A program made the translations under genes and the position numbers. Shown here piece by piece: positions 9,879 through 20,600 of a stretch of 64,000 bases of DNA; positions within the stretch are counted from its first letter, which is position 1, and every line of letters begins with the position of its first letter. Under the pieces are notes generated by a model. The model ran no database searches. It was not told the origin of the DNA and saw nothing but the letters and a program-made list of their open reading frames with translations. This DNA comes from Candidatus Dojkabacteria bacterium (GTDB lineage: Bacteria; Patescibacteriota; Dojkabacteria; B142; JAFGMG01). The stretch covers positions 34,818-98,817 of the forward strand of contig JAFGMG010000001.1 of assembly GCA_016927655.1 (NCBI GenBank), in the 5' to 3' direction.

Positions 9879-10280
9879 TTACCAAATTTTGCATAAAAGT
9901 TCTCCTCCTACTTGCTCTTCTTTTGCTTTTTTCCCTGTTAAAAGACCTTTTGGAGTTGTTAAGATACTTATTCCAAGCCCATATTTGATCCTGCCGATAT
10001 CTCTATAACCTGAATATATTCTGACTCCAGGTTTTGATATTCGAATTAGTTCTTTGATCGCTGATTCGCCGTTTATATATTTCAATTTCAAATTAAGTTG
10101 TTTTTGGACTTCTTTCTCTTTTGGCTCTTCAACCTTATAGTCTAGAATATATCCCTCTTCCTTCAAAATCGCTGCTATAGCCTCCAGCATTTTTGTGGAA
10201 GGAACATTCAATGTTTTCTGTTTTCTTGCTATAGCATTCCTTATTCTTGTTAGGAAGTCTGCTATTGGATCATTGACCAT
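9879..10280 (-). CDS. rpsH: 30S ribosomal protein S8
   Basis: MVNDPIADFLTRIRNA... is the S8 signature start. Confidence 0.9.
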   Translation of the reverse strand: MVNDPIADFLTRIRNAIARKQKTLNVPSTKMLEAIAAILKEEGYILDYKVEEPKEKEVQKQLNLKLKYINGESAIKELIRISKPGVRIYSGYRDIGRIKYGLGISILTTPKGLLTGKKAKEEQVGGELLCKIW

Positions 10281-10305
10281 GATTTATCTCTTAAATTAAT
10301 TAAAT

Positions 10306-10515
10306 TTACCAACTTGATTTTGTAACACCGGGCAGCAATCCTTCGTTTGCTTTTTCCCTGACACAAATTCTACACATCCCGAAGTGCCTTATATACCCTC
10401 TTGTCCGGCCACATTGAGAACATCTGCTAAATACTCTTGTCGGCTTTTTTAGGGTGCCTTTTTTGCTTTTTTCTTTTAGCTTTTTTGCTTTGTGTTCTTG
10501 TGCTGCTGTACTCAT
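10306..10515 (-). CDS. rpsZ: 30S ribosomal protein S14, type Z (zinc-binding)
   Basis: 69 aa with a CxxC...CxxC pattern ([20 protein letters not shown]). Confidence 0.85.
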   Translation of the reverse strand: MSTAAQEHKAKKLKEKSKKGTLKKPTRVFSRCSQCGRTRGYIRHFGMCRICVREKANEGLLPGVTKSSW

Positions 10516-10538
10516 TATTTCTTTACAATTTATTTAAA

Positions 10539-11099
10539 TTATTTCGCTTTTTTCACAAAAGGCATTCCCAGATATTTCAATAAAAGCAAACTATTTTCAT
10601 CATTTGAGTTTGCGATATTGATATTGACCTGCATACTAAATGCCTTTGTAACTTTGTTTGTGTCAACCTCGGGAAAAACTGTATGCTCCCTCAATCCTAA
10701 AGAATAGTTTCCCCTTCCATCGAAAGCTTTGTTAGAAATACCTCGAAAATCTTTCAATCTTGGCAACACGATACTTACTAACCTGTCATAAAACTCCCAC
10801 ATTCTATCCCCTCGAAGGGTAACTTTTAGTCCGATATCCTGTCCCTTTCGGATTTTAAAGTTTGAGATAGCTTTCTTGGATTTTGTAATAACCGGTGCCT
10901 GGCCCGCGATCATAGAAATATCTTCAATCGCTTGATCGAACGCCGCCTTGTCTTCCTTGGCACTGCCAAGTCCAACATTTATTACAATTTTATCCAATTT
11001 TGGCAGTGCCATAATATTGGCATCTCCCAAATCTTGTTTAAGCTTTTTAATTATCTCCTCTTTGTATAATTTTTTGAGTCTTGGTATGTAATTTTTCAT
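10539..11099 (-). CDS. rplE: 50S ribosomal protein L5
   Basis: 186 aa with L5 family motifs and the expected position. Confidence 0.9.
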   Translation of the reverse strand: MKNYIPRLKKLYKEEIIKKLKQDLGDANIMALPKLDKIVINVGLGSAKEDKAAFDQAIEDISMIAGQAPVITKSKKAISNFKIRKGQDIGLKVTLRGDRMWEFYDRLVSIVLPRLKDFRGISNKAFDGRGNYSLGLREHTVFPEVDTNKVTKAFSMQVNINIANSNDENSLLLLKYLGMPFVKKAK

Positions 11100-11425
11100 T
11101 TTTTATTAACTGTTTTTTTGCTGTTATTTTTTTTTACTGTCTCTTTTTTTGTTTTGATTTTCTGCTTTGCTTCAATTCTTTTTCTAGTTGTCTTCCCGCT
11201 ATCTGGTGAAACCAGCATCACGTTCGAGACGTGAATTGGAGCTTCAATTTCGATTCGGCCGCCAGGGTTATTTTTATCCCCAGTGTTTTTTTTGTGTTTT
11301 ATAACTTTATTTACACCTTTGATCACAACTCTACCCTTTTTAGGCAGCACTTTTAAAACCTCGCCTTGTTTACCTCGGTCTTTTCCAGTTATGACTTGTA
11401 TCAAATCTCCTTTTTTTATCTTCAT
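11096..11425 (-). CDS. rplX: 50S ribosomal protein L24 with a Lys-rich C-terminal tail
   Basis: KOW motif: [25 protein letters not shown]. Confidence 0.85.
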   Translation of the reverse strand: MKIKKGDLIQVITGKDRGKQGEVLKVLPKKGRVVIKGVNKVIKHKKNTGDKNNPGGRIEIEAPIHVSNVMLVSPDSGKTTRKRIEAKQKIKTKKETVKKNNSKKTVNKK

Positions 11426-11805
11426 AATACTTCTGGTGCTAAACTAACAATTTTATTGAAACCTTTGTCTTTTAGTTCTCTTGCAATTGGACCAAAAATC
11501 CTGGTTGCTTTCGGCTCTTTTGTGTCTTTATTGATAATCACGGCAGCATTATCATCAAATCTAATATAACTTCCTTCTTTTCTTCTTACTTCTTTTTTAG
11601 TTCTAATGACTACTGCATATACAATTTCTCCCTGCTTGTAGCTTGTGTTTGGCTGTACCTTTTTCGCACTGGCACTTACAAGTTCTCCCACAGTTCCAAA
11701 TCTCTGATGTTTCCCGCCTTTTTTCCTGCCGAGGACTTGGATCACCATGATCTCTTTTACTCCGCTATTATCTGCAATTTTTAGTCTTGATAAAGATTGA
11801 ATCAT
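11422..11805 (-). CDS. rplN: 50S ribosomal protein L14
   Basis: [26 protein letters not shown] is an L14 signature. Confidence 0.9.
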   Translation of the reverse strand: MIQSLSRLKIADNSGVKEIMVIQVLGRKKGGKHQRFGTVGELVSASAKKVQPNTSYKQGEIVYAVVIRTKKEVRRKEGSYIRFDDNAAVIINKDTKEPKATRIFGPIARELKDKGFNKIVSLAPEVL

Positions 11806-12059
11806 TACTTAGCTACTTCTATTAATTTAAATTTCTTATTCTTTGAGACCGGGGTCGTTTCCTCAATAATTACCTGATTACCAACTTCAACTTCGATTCC
11901 ATTCCTGTCTGCTAGATACTTTTTATTGCTCTTTAAAATCTTTTGGTACAAAGGATGTGCAGCTTTTCGCTCAACATCTACTTTTATTGTTTTTTCATCA
12001 ACAATTTTGACTACTACCCCTTTTAGTGTCTTTTTTGTTTTTCTTGCCTCTTGTTCCAA
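11805..12059 (-). CDS. rpsQ: 30S ribosomal protein S17
   Basis: 84-aa OB-fold protein ([19 protein letters not shown]). Position fits S17. Confidence 0.85.
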   Translation of the reverse strand: MEQEARKTKKTLKGVVVKIVDEKTIKVDVERKAAHPLYQKILKSNKKYLADRNGIEVEVGNQVIIEETTPVSKNKKFKLIEVAK

Positions 12060-12075
12060 TTGCTTTAATTAATAA

Positions 12076-12264
12076 TTATTTTTTAGATTTTCCCAATTCG
12101 CCTAGTATTGTCAAAGCCTTTGCTAAATCAGCCTTTTTCCTCCTATACTCAGAGACTACTCCCAGATTTTGAGATTTTATCTCAATTCGTAGATCTCTCA
12201 ACTCCTGTCTAAGCTTTGCAATTTCTTCCTGTAATTTTTTTGCGTCTAATTTTCTATAATCCAT
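12076..12264 (-). CDS. rpmC: 50S ribosomal protein L29
   Basis: 62-aa helical protein sitting between L16 and S17. Confidence 0.8.
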   Translation of the reverse strand: MDYRKLDAKKLQEEIAKLRQELRDLRIEIKSQNLGVVSEYRRKKADLAKALTILGELGKSKK

Positions 12265-12268
12265 TTAT

Positions 12269-12676
12269 TTAGTCTTTCGTAATTATTCTTGTTTTTACCG
12301 GCAGCTTATCAGCAGCTCTTTTTAGTGCTGCTCTTGCGACCTCTTCACTTACTCCACCCAACTCAAAAATCATTCTGCCAGGTTTGAGAACAAAGACATA
12401 ACCCTGGACGTCGCCTTTACCTTTTCCCATTCCAACTTCTGCCGGTTTGGCAGTATAAGCCTTGTCAGGAAACAATCTCAACCACAACTTTCCTTTTCTT
12501 TTTGTTTCCCTGACAACTGCTTTTCTAGCCGATTCTATTTGATTTCCATTTAACCAAATTCTATCAGTTGCCTGCAGACCAAATTCTCCTACCGTTAACT
12601 GGTTTCCTCTAGCCGCCTCGCCTTTCATTCTACCTCTAAGTTGTTTTCTGTGTTTTGTTTGTTTTGGCTGCAACAT
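12269..12676 (-). CDS. rplP: 50S ribosomal protein L16
   Basis: MLQPKQTKHRKQLRGRMKG... is the L16 signature. Confidence 0.9.
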   Translation of the reverse strand: MLQPKQTKHRKQLRGRMKGEAARGNQLTVGEFGLQATDRIWLNGNQIESARKAVVRETKRKGKLWLRLFPDKAYTAKPAEVGMGKGKGDVQGYVFVLKPGRMIFELGGVSEEVARAALKRAADKLPVKTRIITKD

Positions 12677-12678
12677 AG

Positions 12679-13308
12679 TTATTTATCCCCTTTAAAGACC
12701 CAAACTTTTATTCCCTGCTTTCCAGCGTTTGGCACTTGAGCTGTAAGATAATAATAATCAATATCTGCTCTTAGCGTCTGAAGCGGAACTGTTCCCCACT
12801 GGAATTTTTCAGTTCTAGCAATTTCAACACCTTTAATTCTTCCCGAAACCCAGATTCTGACCCCATTTACTTCTCCTGAATTCCTTGCATTTTCGATCTC
12901 TCTGCTTGCGACATATTTTGGAACTACCCTTCTCTCTAGCTGCTCTGCAACGTTTTGCGCTATTATTCTAGCTGATGTCTCTGGTCTTTTAATTTCAAGG
13001 ATCTGCAGATCAACGTTTGTTTTCAATAGGTCGTTCAGCTTTTTCTTTAGCTCTTCAATCCCTGCGCCACCCCTGCCTATCACAACTCCAGGCCTTGCAA
13101 CTGTTACTTCAATCCTGATTCTGTTCATTGATCTTTTTATTTTTATATCATGTACCCCTGCATTCTTCAGATTCTTCTTTATAAACTTTCTTGCTTCAAG
13201 GTCACTCTCCAGCAAATTGCTATAAGTCGCCTTGTCTGCGTACCAGACCGACTTCCATCCTTTGTTTACTCCCAGTCTAAATCCTACCGGGTTTACTTTT
13301 TGACCCAT
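12679..13308 (-). CDS. rpsC: 30S ribosomal protein S3
   Basis: MGQKVNPVGFRLG..., plus a KH domain. Confidence 0.9.
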   Translation of the reverse strand: MGQKVNPVGFRLGVNKGWKSVWYADKATYSNLLESDLEARKFIKKNLKNAGVHDIKIKRSMNRIRIEVTVARPGVVIGRGGAGIEELKKKLNDLLKTNVDLQILEIKRPETSARIIAQNVAEQLERRVVPKYVASREIENARNSGEVNGVRIWVSGRIKGVEIARTEKFQWGTVPLQTLRADIDYYYLTAQVPNAGKQGIKVWVFKGDK

Positions 13309-13326
13309 AATTATTTAATTTATAAA

Positions 13327-13872
13327 TTAACCTTTTGCTTGTACTTTTCTTTGTGTACCTGTTGTTTTAATTTGCGCTTTTTTGGCAATGTCCATTCTTT
13401 TCATCTTTTCGAGCGCTTCTTTCTTTTTCTTTTCGATTGTATCACCTTGTTTTTCAATTTCTTCTTTTTGTTCCTCTGTTGACACTGCTTTTACTGCCTT
13501 TGCCTTTGTTTTTTTAGCCGCTGTCTTTTGCTGCTCACCAGATACCGCAATAATTATATGCGAATTTCTTTTTAAGATTTTATGATATCGTCCTTTACTT
13601 ACCGCTCTGCCTCTTTTAAAAATTGGGGCATCATCGACACGCGCTTCAACAATTTTCAACTCTTTCTTGTCCATCCCCTCATTGTTTACTGCATTTGCTA
13701 TTGCAGACTCAAGCGTCTTCCTGACTGGCAAAGCTGCAGCTTTGTTTACAAACTCCAATACCTCACTTGCATAAACAGCATTTTCACCGCGAATCATGTC
13801 AGCTACAAGCCTTACCTTTTGAGCTGACATTCTTACATACTTGCTTTTTGCATAAACATATTTCTTTGTCAT
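13327..13872 (-). CDS. rplV: 50S ribosomal protein L22 with a long Lys/Glu-rich C-terminal extension
   Basis: L22 core (ARVDDAPIFKRGRAVSKGRYHKILKRNSHIIIAV) followed by a ~60-aa charged tail. Confidence 0.85.
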   Translation of the reverse strand: MTKKYVYAKSKYVRMSAQKVRLVADMIRGENAVYASEVLEFVNKAAALPVRKTLESAIANAVNNEGMDKKELKIVEARVDDAPIFKRGRAVSKGRYHKILKRNSHIIIAVSGEQQKTAAKKTKAKAVKAVSTEEQKEEIEKQGDTIEKKKKEALEKMKRMDIAKKAQIKTTGTQRKVQAKG

Positions 13873-13874
13873 TT

Positions 13875-14183
13875 TTATTCTTCTACTGTTCTACCGGCAG
13901 TACCAGTAGCTTTAGCGATTTTACCTTTCTTGCTATGACCAGTAAATTTACGTGTTGGGGCAAATTCTCCCAATTTATGCCCAACCATCGATTCTGTTAC
14001 AAACACATCTAAAAAGTTCCGTCCATTGTGTACAGCAAATGTCATTCCAACCATATCAGGTGTAATTACAGAAGCTCTGGCCCATGTTTTTATTGGCTTT
14101 TTGTCACCTTCTGCTTTTGCCTTTATAATTTTTCTGGCAATTCTCTCGTCGATATATGGTCCTTTTTTTAGTGATCTGCTCAT
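13875..14183 (-). CDS. rpsS: 30S ribosomal protein S19
   Basis: [12 protein letters not shown]... VHNGRNF... are S19 signatures. Confidence 0.9.
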   Translation of the reverse strand: MSRSLKKGPYIDERIARKIIKAKAEGDKKPIKTWARASVITPDMVGMTFAVHNGRNFLDVFVTESMVGHKLGEFAPTRKFTGHSKKGKIAKATGTAGRTVEE

Positions 14184-14197
14184 ATTATTTTATTAAA

Positions 14198-15070
14198 TTA
14201 AACAATAGTATGTCTGGTCTTTTTTACGTTTGGTCTTCTTCTTGTAGTCCTTCTTTTTATAATGTATTTATCAGTTGATGTGTTCTTCCTGGTTTTTGTA
14301 CCCTGCTTTTTGCCCCAAGGGGTCTTTGCTGGTCCTCCGGTTCCGTGTCTTCCACCTTTACCCTGACCTCCAGAGTGTGGATGACTGTCCGATTGTGCCG
14401 TACCTCTAACAGTCGGCCTGATCCCCATATGTCTTTTTCTTCCTGCTTTACCAAGTCGTACGTTTTGCTTATCCTCATTGCCTACAAGTCCGATAGTAGC
14501 CATATTTTCTTCTCTGACAAGCCTGATTTCTCCACTTGGCATTTTGAGTTGAATATATTTCTTGTCACCTCCTTGAATTTGTACGCTCATTCCTGCACTT
14601 CTTGCAATTTTACCACCTTCACCTCTTCTAAGTTCAATATTATGAACATATGTTCCAAAAGGAATGTTCTTTAAAGGCATTGCATTTCCAGGCTTGATCG
14701 GCGCTTCTTTCTCCCTTGAGATAAGTTCCTGTCCGACTTTTACCCCTTTTGGCGCCAAAATGTATCTTCTCTCGCCATCTGCGTATTTTAAAAGAGCAAT
14801 ATTGCATGATCTATTTGGATCATATTCAATAGCCTCAACATTTGCCGGCACTTCCATTTTATCTCTTTTAAAGTCAATCTCTCTATAATATGTCCTGCCT
14901 TTTCCACTTTTGTGTCTGACAGTAATAGCTCCACTGCCATTTTTGCCTCTTGAGCCTTTTTTCATTTTTTTCAACCTTTTTGTCTTTTTTGTAGTACTGT
15001 CCAGCCCTCTATTATCAAGCAAAGCTGTATGTCTTCTGGTTTGTGTTGTTGGTTTAAATATCTTTATCAT
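14198..15070 (-). CDS. rplB: 50S ribosomal protein L2
   Basis: 290 aa with L2 motifs (...HPHSGGQGKGG...). Confidence 0.9.
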   Translation of the reverse strand: MIKIFKPTTQTRRHTALLDNRGLDSTTKKTKRLKKMKKGSRGKNGSGAITVRHKSGKGRTYYREIDFKRDKMEVPANVEAIEYDPNRSCNIALLKYADGERRYILAPKGVKVGQELISREKEAPIKPGNAMPLKNIPFGTYVHNIELRRGEGGKIARSAGMSVQIQGGDKKYIQLKMPSGEIRLVREENMATIGLVGNEDKQNVRLGKAGRKRHMGIRPTVRGTAQSDSHPHSGGQGKGGRHGTGGPAKTPWGKKQGTKTRKNTSTDKYIIKRRTTRRRPNVKKTRHTIV

Positions 15071-15080
15071 TTTCGACTAT

Positions 15081-15380
15081 TTATTTGATTTCAAAACTAT
15101 CTATTTTGTCTTTCTTATTGAGCTGTACTATTGCCCTTTTCGAATTTTTTCTTCTGCCACTTGATTTTGAGCCAAAACGCTTGATTTTACCAAGTCTGTT
15201 TTGAATCCGGACAGACTCAACCTCAACTTCATATTTCTCAGCAATTCTGGTTGCAACTTGTTTTTTCGTTGTTTCACCAGACACCTCAAATGTGTACTGA
15301 TTCAATTCACTTGCCAAATTTATTGTTTTTTCTGTTAATATTGGCTTTACAATTATTTGTCTCATTTTTTGTCTCCCCAT
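15081..15380 (-). CDS. rplW: 50S ribosomal protein L23
   Basis: 99 aa. Position and KPILTEKT... motif fit L23. Confidence 0.85.
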   Translation of the reverse strand: MGRQKMRQIIVKPILTEKTINLASELNQYTFEVSGETTKKQVATRIAEKYEVEVESVRIQNRLGKIKRFGSKSSGRRKNSKRAIVQLNKKDKIDSFEIK

Positions 15381-15988
15381 TTTTCTGAAATATCTTTAAG
15401 GGCATCTTCCAAAATCACCAGGCATTTGTTATCAAGGATATTAAAGACATTTAGCTCGCCTGTTCGTATTGCTCTTGCGCCTTCAATATTTTTGACCGCC
15501 TTATGCAATCCTTTCTCTTCAACCTGAACAAATGCGACTTTTCCTTTAATTCCAAGATTTTTCAGTACTCCATCGATCTGCTTCGTTTTGTCTGTATCAA
15601 AGTTTTCAATTACAATGACTTCTTTTGCTTCATTTTTCATTGTAAATGCATTTTTAATTGCTTTTTTATTTGCAGATTTATTCAGCTTCTTTTTATAATT
15701 TCTTGCATTCGTTGGGCCGAATGTCACTCCTCCGCCTTTCCAGATTGGACTCCTGGATGATCCATGCCTCGCTCTTCCAGTCCCTTTTTGTTTCCATGGC
15801 TTTTTACCTCCACCGCTGACTTCCGATCTATCTTTCGTCTGTGCGTTTGCCTGCCTCTGATTTTGCAAATAAGTATCAACCGCTTGCGAAATAAGATTTT
15901 GATTGACTTTGGTGCCAAATACCGAGTCATCAAGTTTTACTTTTTTCTCTGTCTTTTTTCCTTTTTTATCGTAAAGATTCAGATTCAT
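15362..15988 (-). CDS. rplD: 50S ribosomal protein L4
   Basis: KPWKQKGTGRARHGSSRSPIWKGGGVTFGP is the L4 signature. Confidence 0.9.
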   Translation of the reverse strand: MNLNLYDKKGKKTEKKVKLDDSVFGTKVNQNLISQAVDTYLQNQRQANAQTKDRSEVSGGGKKPWKQKGTGRARHGSSRSPIWKGGGVTFGPTNARNYKKKLNKSANKKAIKNAFTMKNEAKEVIVIENFDTDKTKQIDGVLKNLGIKGKVAFVQVEEKGLHKAVKNIEGARAIRTGELNVFNILDNKCLVILEDALKDISEKWGDKK

Positions 15989-16599
15989 TATCGCGCTTTT
16001 CTTATTAATACATATGAATTTTTGCTTCCCGGCACTGCACCTTTAACATAAAGCAGACCGTTTTCTGTATCTAATTTTACAACTCTCAGGTTTCCAGTTG
16101 TCTGTCTTTCTCCTCCCATTCGTCCGCCCATTTTCTTGCCTTTATAAACTCTACCCGGTGTAGTCCCGGAACCGATAGAACCTGGTGCTCTTTGCCTATC
16201 TGATTGACCATGGGTCTTTGGCCCGCCTTTAAATCCCCATCTTTTAACTACCCCAGCAAAGCCTTTTCCTTTTGTCGTTCCTGTTATGTCAATTTTTTGA
16301 TCTGGCTTGATATCAAGTTCAACTTCTGCTCCAGTTTCGAGTCCCTCTGGCATCTCCTCTATTCTAAATTCGACTGCCTTTCGAGGTACAATTTTCAATC
16401 CTTTAAATTTGGTCGTTTCTGCTTTATTTGCTTTCTTTTCTCCAATCCCCAAAATGACGGCATTATAACCGTCTTTTTCTTGTGTTTTCGTTCCCGCGAC
16501 AATTGACTTGGAAATATCGATCAGGGTTACAGGAAATACTTTTCCCTCCTCATCATAAATCTGAGTCATTTCTTTTTTTATTCCGATTGTAAAGTCCAT
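15988..16599 (-). CDS. rplC: 50S ribosomal protein L3
   Basis: KGKGFAGVVKRWGFKGGPKTHGQS is the L3 signature. Confidence 0.9.
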   Translation of the reverse strand: MDFTIGIKKEMTQIYDEEGKVFPVTLIDISKSIVAGTKTQEKDGYNAVILGIGEKKANKAETTKFKGLKIVPRKAVEFRIEEMPEGLETGAEVELDIKPDQKIDITGTTKGKGFAGVVKRWGFKGGPKTHGQSDRQRAPGSIGSGTTPGRVYKGKKMGGRMGGERQTTGNLRVVKLDTENGLLYVKGAVPGSKNSYVLIRKAR

Positions 16600-16613
16600 A
16601 TCTTTAATTATTC

Positions 16614-16646
16614 AAAAAAAACTTCTTACCTTCAAAGCGTAAGAAG
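16614..16646 (-). terminator. intrinsic-terminator-like hairpin (8-bp stem CUUCUUAC/GUAAGAAG, 9-nt loop) followed by U8 on the minus-strand transcript. Lies between rpsJ and rplC, 14 nt upstream of the rplC start
   Basis: Read directly from the sequence. The plus strand shows aaaaaaaa + cttcttac cttcaaagc gtaagaag. Confidence 0.5.
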
Positions 16647-16715
16647 CTTTATTTAAGGTAACTTGCCCCTAAGCTTATTAGCTTTGAGACAGTATTGACC
16701 GACTTTGATCCAATA

Positions 16716-17024
16716 TTATTTAATTTCTACGTTGACTCCAGCAGCAAGCTGCAAATGAGTCAGTGAATCAATTGTTTTTGCGTTTGGTTCAATTATCTCA
16801 ACTAATCTTCCATGAATTCTCATCTCATAATGCTCCTTGCTTTTACCATCAACATGCGGGGATTTCAATACCGCCCACTTCCTGATTCTATTTGGCAATG
16901 GAACAGGACCGCTTGTCTTGGCACCAGTCCTGAGTGCTGTATCAAGCACTTGAGAAGCTGCCTTGTCAACGACCTTTGCATCATACCCCTTTATTTTTAT
17001 TCGAATCTTTTGCATTTGAACCAA
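16716..17024 (-). CDS. rpsJ: 30S ribosomal protein S10
   Basis: 102 aa. QKIRIKIKGYD... is the S10 signature. Confidence 0.9.
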   Translation of the reverse strand: MVQMQKIRIKIKGYDAKVVDKAASQVLDTALRTGAKTSGPVPLPNRIRKWAVLKSPHVDGKSKEHYEMRIHGRLVEIIEPNAKTIDSLTHLQLAAGVNVEIK

Positions 17025-17044
17025 TAAACTAAATTCATAACTTT

Positions 17045-17082
17045 AGAGGTGCTCTTCCTGGCACCTCTTTTTGTTTTCTTTA
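17045..17082 (+). terminator. hairpin (AGAGGTGC / GCACCTCT, 8-nt loop) followed by TTTTTGTTTTCTTT on the plus strand. Lies in the tuf-rpsJ spacer. On the minus-strand mRNA it is a hairpin with no U-tract
   Basis: Inverted repeat read from the sequence. The orientation of the T-run fits a plus-strand terminator or a bidirectional or processing element. Confidence 0.3.
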
Positions 17083-18246
17083 TTTCACAACTTTTGTTAC
17101 AACTCCTTCTCCTACTGTCCTTCCACCCTCTCTAATTGCAAATCTCATTTTCTCTTCGATTGCAACTGGAGTTACAAGTTTAATGACGAGTTCTGCATTA
17201 TCACCTGGCATAACCATTTCAGTTCCCTCTTTCAAAGTTACTGCTCCAGTCACATCAGTCGTTCTAATGTAAAACTGTGGTCTGTATCCAGTGAAGAAAG
17301 CTGTGTGTCTACCGCCTTCATCTTTGTTTAGAATGTAGACCTCTGCTTCAAATTCTGTATGTGGCTGAATACTTCCTTTTGCAGCAAGTACCTGACCTCT
17401 TTCAATATCTTCTCTTTTTAGACCTCTAAGTAGAAGTCCGACATTATCTCCAGCCTGACCTTCTTTTAGACTTTTATTAAACATCTCAACTCCAGTTATT
17501 GTTACCGGCTTTACACCTTCCATCATTCCTACCTGATCGACGGTTTCCCCAACCTTCACCGTACCTCGATCGATTCTTCCCGTTGCGACAGTTCCTCTAC
17601 CTTCGATTGAGAAAACATCTTCAACAGACATTAAAAATGGCTGATCAACCGGTCTTTCTGGAACTGGAATATCTTTATCAACAGCTGCCATAAGAGCTTT
17701 TATTGACTCAACATCTTCACCTTTTTCGGCTTTCAATGCATTTCCTCTTACAACAGTAACTTTGTCTCCTTCGAAGCCATGTTTTGTTAGAAGTTCTCGG
17801 ACTTCCTCCTCAACAAGGTCAATCAAATCATCATCCATATCTTCAAAGATATTTATATAAACAACAAAGTGCTTTACTCCTACCTGTTTGGCAAGAAGAA
17901 CGTGCTCTGTTGTTTGAGGCATAGGTCCATCAGAAGCTGATACAACTAGGATAGCCCCATCCATTTGAGCTGCTCCAGTGATCATGTTTTTGATGTAATC
18001 TTTGTGACCTGGACAATCAACAATTGCATAGTGCCTTGCATCGGTCTCTGCCTCTACATGAGCTACTGCAATAGTAATTGATTTTGCTTTCGACTCTGGA
18101 GATTTATCAAGTTTCCCCTTCCATTTATCCTTTTCATCTCCGCCAAAAACATTTAACACACCTCTAAGTAATGTGGTTTTACCATGATCCACATGACCAA
18201 GTGTACCAATATTCACATGAGGTTTATTTCTATCGAAATCTGCCAT
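17080..18246 (-). CDS. tuf: elongation factor Tu
   Basis: [26 protein letters not shown]... The real start is the second Met of the tracked ORF. Confidence 0.95.
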   Translation of the reverse strand: MADFDRNKPHVNIGTLGHVDHGKTTLLRGVLNVFGGDEKDKWKGKLDKSPESKAKSITIAVAHVEAETDARHYAIVDCPGHKDYIKNMITGAAQMDGAILVVSASDGPMPQTTEHVLLAKQVGVKHFVVYINIFEDMDDDLIDLVEEEVRELLTKHGFEGDKVTVVRGNALKAEKGEDVESIKALMAAVDKDIPVPERPVDQPFLMSVEDVFSIEGRGTVATGRIDRGTVKVGETVDQVGMMEGVKPVTITGVEMFNKSLKEGQAGDNVGLLLRGLKREDIERGQVLAAKGSIQPHTEFEAEVYILNKDEGGRHTAFFTGYRPQFYIRTTDVTGAVTLKEGTEMVMPGDNAELVIKLVTPVAIEEKMRFAIREGGRTVGEGVVTKVVK

Positions 18247-18361
18247 TTTAATAAAGTATAAAAAATACAAAAAGTTATACTCGTACAGTCAATACAAGCG
18301 TCTGATTATACGAGAAAGTTTTCTGTTTTGCAACAGTGAAAAAAACTATTCCGATATTTAC

Positions 18362-20503
18362 TTAGGCTCCTAGTATTCCTTCAACCAGATTCCCCGGAAC
18401 CTTCGCATAATGCCCAAATTCCATTACACTATTCGCCTTGCCCTTAGTCATTGAACGAAGATCATTCGTCCAGCCGAACATATTTTCCAGTGGGACTTCT
18501 GCCCAGATCTCCTGGACTTTGCCCTTTGGATTCATTTTTTTAATCTGTCCTCTTTTTGAGCTCAATGCACCGGTTACATCTCCGGCAAATTCATCCGGAG
18601 TACTTACAACAACTTTCATTATTGGCTCAAGAAGGATAGGCTTCGCTTTTTTCATCGCCTCTCTAAATCCTTTAGAACCTACAATTTTGAAAGTATCTGT
18701 ATTTGAGTCAACTTCATGATAAGAGCCATCGATTAATGTGACTTTGAAATCAACTACGGGATAACCCCCAAGCACACCGGTAGACATGGCTTCCTGAATA
18801 CCTTTATCAACTGATGGGACATATTCCCTAGGAATTGCTCCACCTTTAATTTTATTCTCAAATTCATAGCCCTTTCCTCTTTCATTTGGTGCCATAATGA
18901 TAAGAATATCTGCAAATTGTCCTGCTCCTCCACTCTGCTTTTTGAGAACTTCCTGATGCTGAATTTCAGCCTCAATTGTTTCTTTGTATGCTACTTGCGG
19001 CTTACCAGTATTTACTTCAATTCCATATTCTCTCTTCATAATGTCAACTTTGATTTCCAGATGCAATTCCCCCATTCCAGAAACAATAGTCTGACCAGTT
19101 TCTGTATCTGTCTCGGCTTTAAATGTTGGATCCTCCTGCATGAGTTTTCGCAAAACTTCGCCCATTTTTTCTTGGTCACTCTTTGTTTTCGGTTCAATTG
19201 CAAGGCTTACGACTGGATCAGGAAAATCGATACTTTCCAGAACAATCGGATTATTATCGTCACAAAGAGTATTCCCTGTAAATGAATCCTTGAGTCCAAC
19301 TAGTGCAGCAATATCCCCTGCCCTTATCTCATCAACTTCTTCTCTATGATTTGCATGCATGAGCAGAATTCTTCCTACTCTCTCTTTTTTGGATCTTGTT
19401 GAATTGAATACATAAGAGCCATTTTTCAAAGTTCCTGAATATACCCTTATAAATGCAAGAGACCCCACATGCGAATCCATTGAAATTTTAAACACAAGAC
19501 CGCAAAAGTGATCTTCTGGCTTAAGTTCTCTTCGCTGTTCATTGCCAGTATCTGGATGAAGACCCCGGACCATTCCTTTGAGTTCTTTCATCTCTTCGTC
19601 TTCCTCGTCCACGTATGCATAGATTTTTTCAAGCGGTGATGGCAGATATCTGCAAACTGCATCAATGATAAGTTTAGTATCTGCCATTCTTGAATCGCCT
19701 CCAAGTACTGGGAATATTTTCCCGGCTACAGTATTTATTCTGATCGCGCTGTGCATTTCTTCAATTGAGAGAACTCCGTCTTCTAGATATTTTTCAAGAA
19801 GTTCGTCATTTGCATCGGCAATTTTTTCTAAAAGCTGGTTGTGCAATTCCTCTGCTTTAGCAAGCATGTCTTCAGGAATTTCAGTTTCTTCAAATTCAAG
19901 TTTTTCTTCGTCTTTGTATACATATGCTTTCATCTTGACCAGATCAATCACGCCGCGTAAATTTTCTTCCGTTCCTATCGGCAGTTGGATTGCAACTGCA
20001 TTTTCTGAAAGTTCCTCCTGAATAGATTTTAAACTTGCTTCGAAATCTCCGCCAAGAAGGTTGAGCTTATTGATGAAGCAGAGTCTTGGGACATTGTATT
20101 TTGTTGCCTGACCCCAGACTTTGCTTGATTGAGGTTCGACTCCCATTTTTCCGTCAAATACAACAACTGCGCCGTCTAGAACTCTTAGAGATCTCTCGAC
20201 TTCTGCTGTGAAATCAACATGGCCGGGAGTGTCAATGATATTAATCCTGAATTTTCTATCTCCAATTGACCAAAAGCAGGTTGTTGCTGCTGACTGGATT
20301 GTGATTCCTCTTTCCTGTTCCTGCTCCATAAAGTCCATCTCTGCTGCTCCTTCATGCACCTCTCCAATCTTGTGTTTTTTTCCTGTGAAAAACAATATAC
20401 GCTCAGTTGTGGTGGTTTTCCCAGCATCAACATGCGCAATAATTCCAATATTTCGGTAGTCGTTAAGGTCTTTAACGCTCGAATAGTCTAACTTGGTGGT
20501 CAT
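18362..20503 (-). CDS. fusA: elongation factor G
   Basis: 713 aa with G-domain motifs ([18 protein letters not shown]) and an EF-G domain layout. Confidence 0.95.
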   Translation of the reverse strand: MTTKLDYSSVKDLNDYRNIGIIAHVDAGKTTTTERILFFTGKKHKIGEVHEGAAEMDFMEQEQERGITIQSAATTCFWSIGDRKFRINIIDTPGHVDFTAEVERSLRVLDGAVVVFDGKMGVEPQSSKVWGQATKYNVPRLCFINKLNLLGGDFEASLKSIQEELSENAVAIQLPIGTEENLRGVIDLVKMKAYVYKDEEKLEFEETEIPEDMLAKAEELHNQLLEKIADANDELLEKYLEDGVLSIEEMHSAIRINTVAGKIFPVLGGDSRMADTKLIIDAVCRYLPSPLEKIYAYVDEEDEEMKELKGMVRGLHPDTGNEQRRELKPEDHFCGLVFKISMDSHVGSLAFIRVYSGTLKNGSYVFNSTRSKKERVGRILLMHANHREEVDEIRAGDIAALVGLKDSFTGNTLCDDNNPIVLESIDFPDPVVSLAIEPKTKSDQEKMGEVLRKLMQEDPTFKAETDTETGQTIVSGMGELHLEIKVDIMKREYGIEVNTGKPQVAYKETIEAEIQHQEVLKKQSGGAGQFADILIIMAPNERGKGYEFENKIKGGAIPREYVPSVDKGIQEAMSTGVLGGYPVVDFKVTLIDGSYHEVDSNTDTFKIVGSKGFREAMKKAKPILLEPIMKVVVSTPDEFAGDVTGALSSKRGQIKKMNPKGKVQEIWAEVPLENMFGWTNDLRSMTKGKANSVMEFGHYAKVPGNLVEGILGA

Positions 20504-20600
20504 CCCTTTTTAATAATAATTATCAATAGAATTTGGAAACGACTGTAATATTATAACAGATCGAGCTGAATTGCAACGACAATAGCCCTGAATTTTTCTC

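Noticed and set aside
13150-13585. Several plus-strand ORFs inside the rpsC/rplV region, and many similar antisense ORFs across 1-20 kb
   Set aside because: All are antisense to well-supported ribosomal protein genes. The AT-rich composition generates long shadow ORFs.
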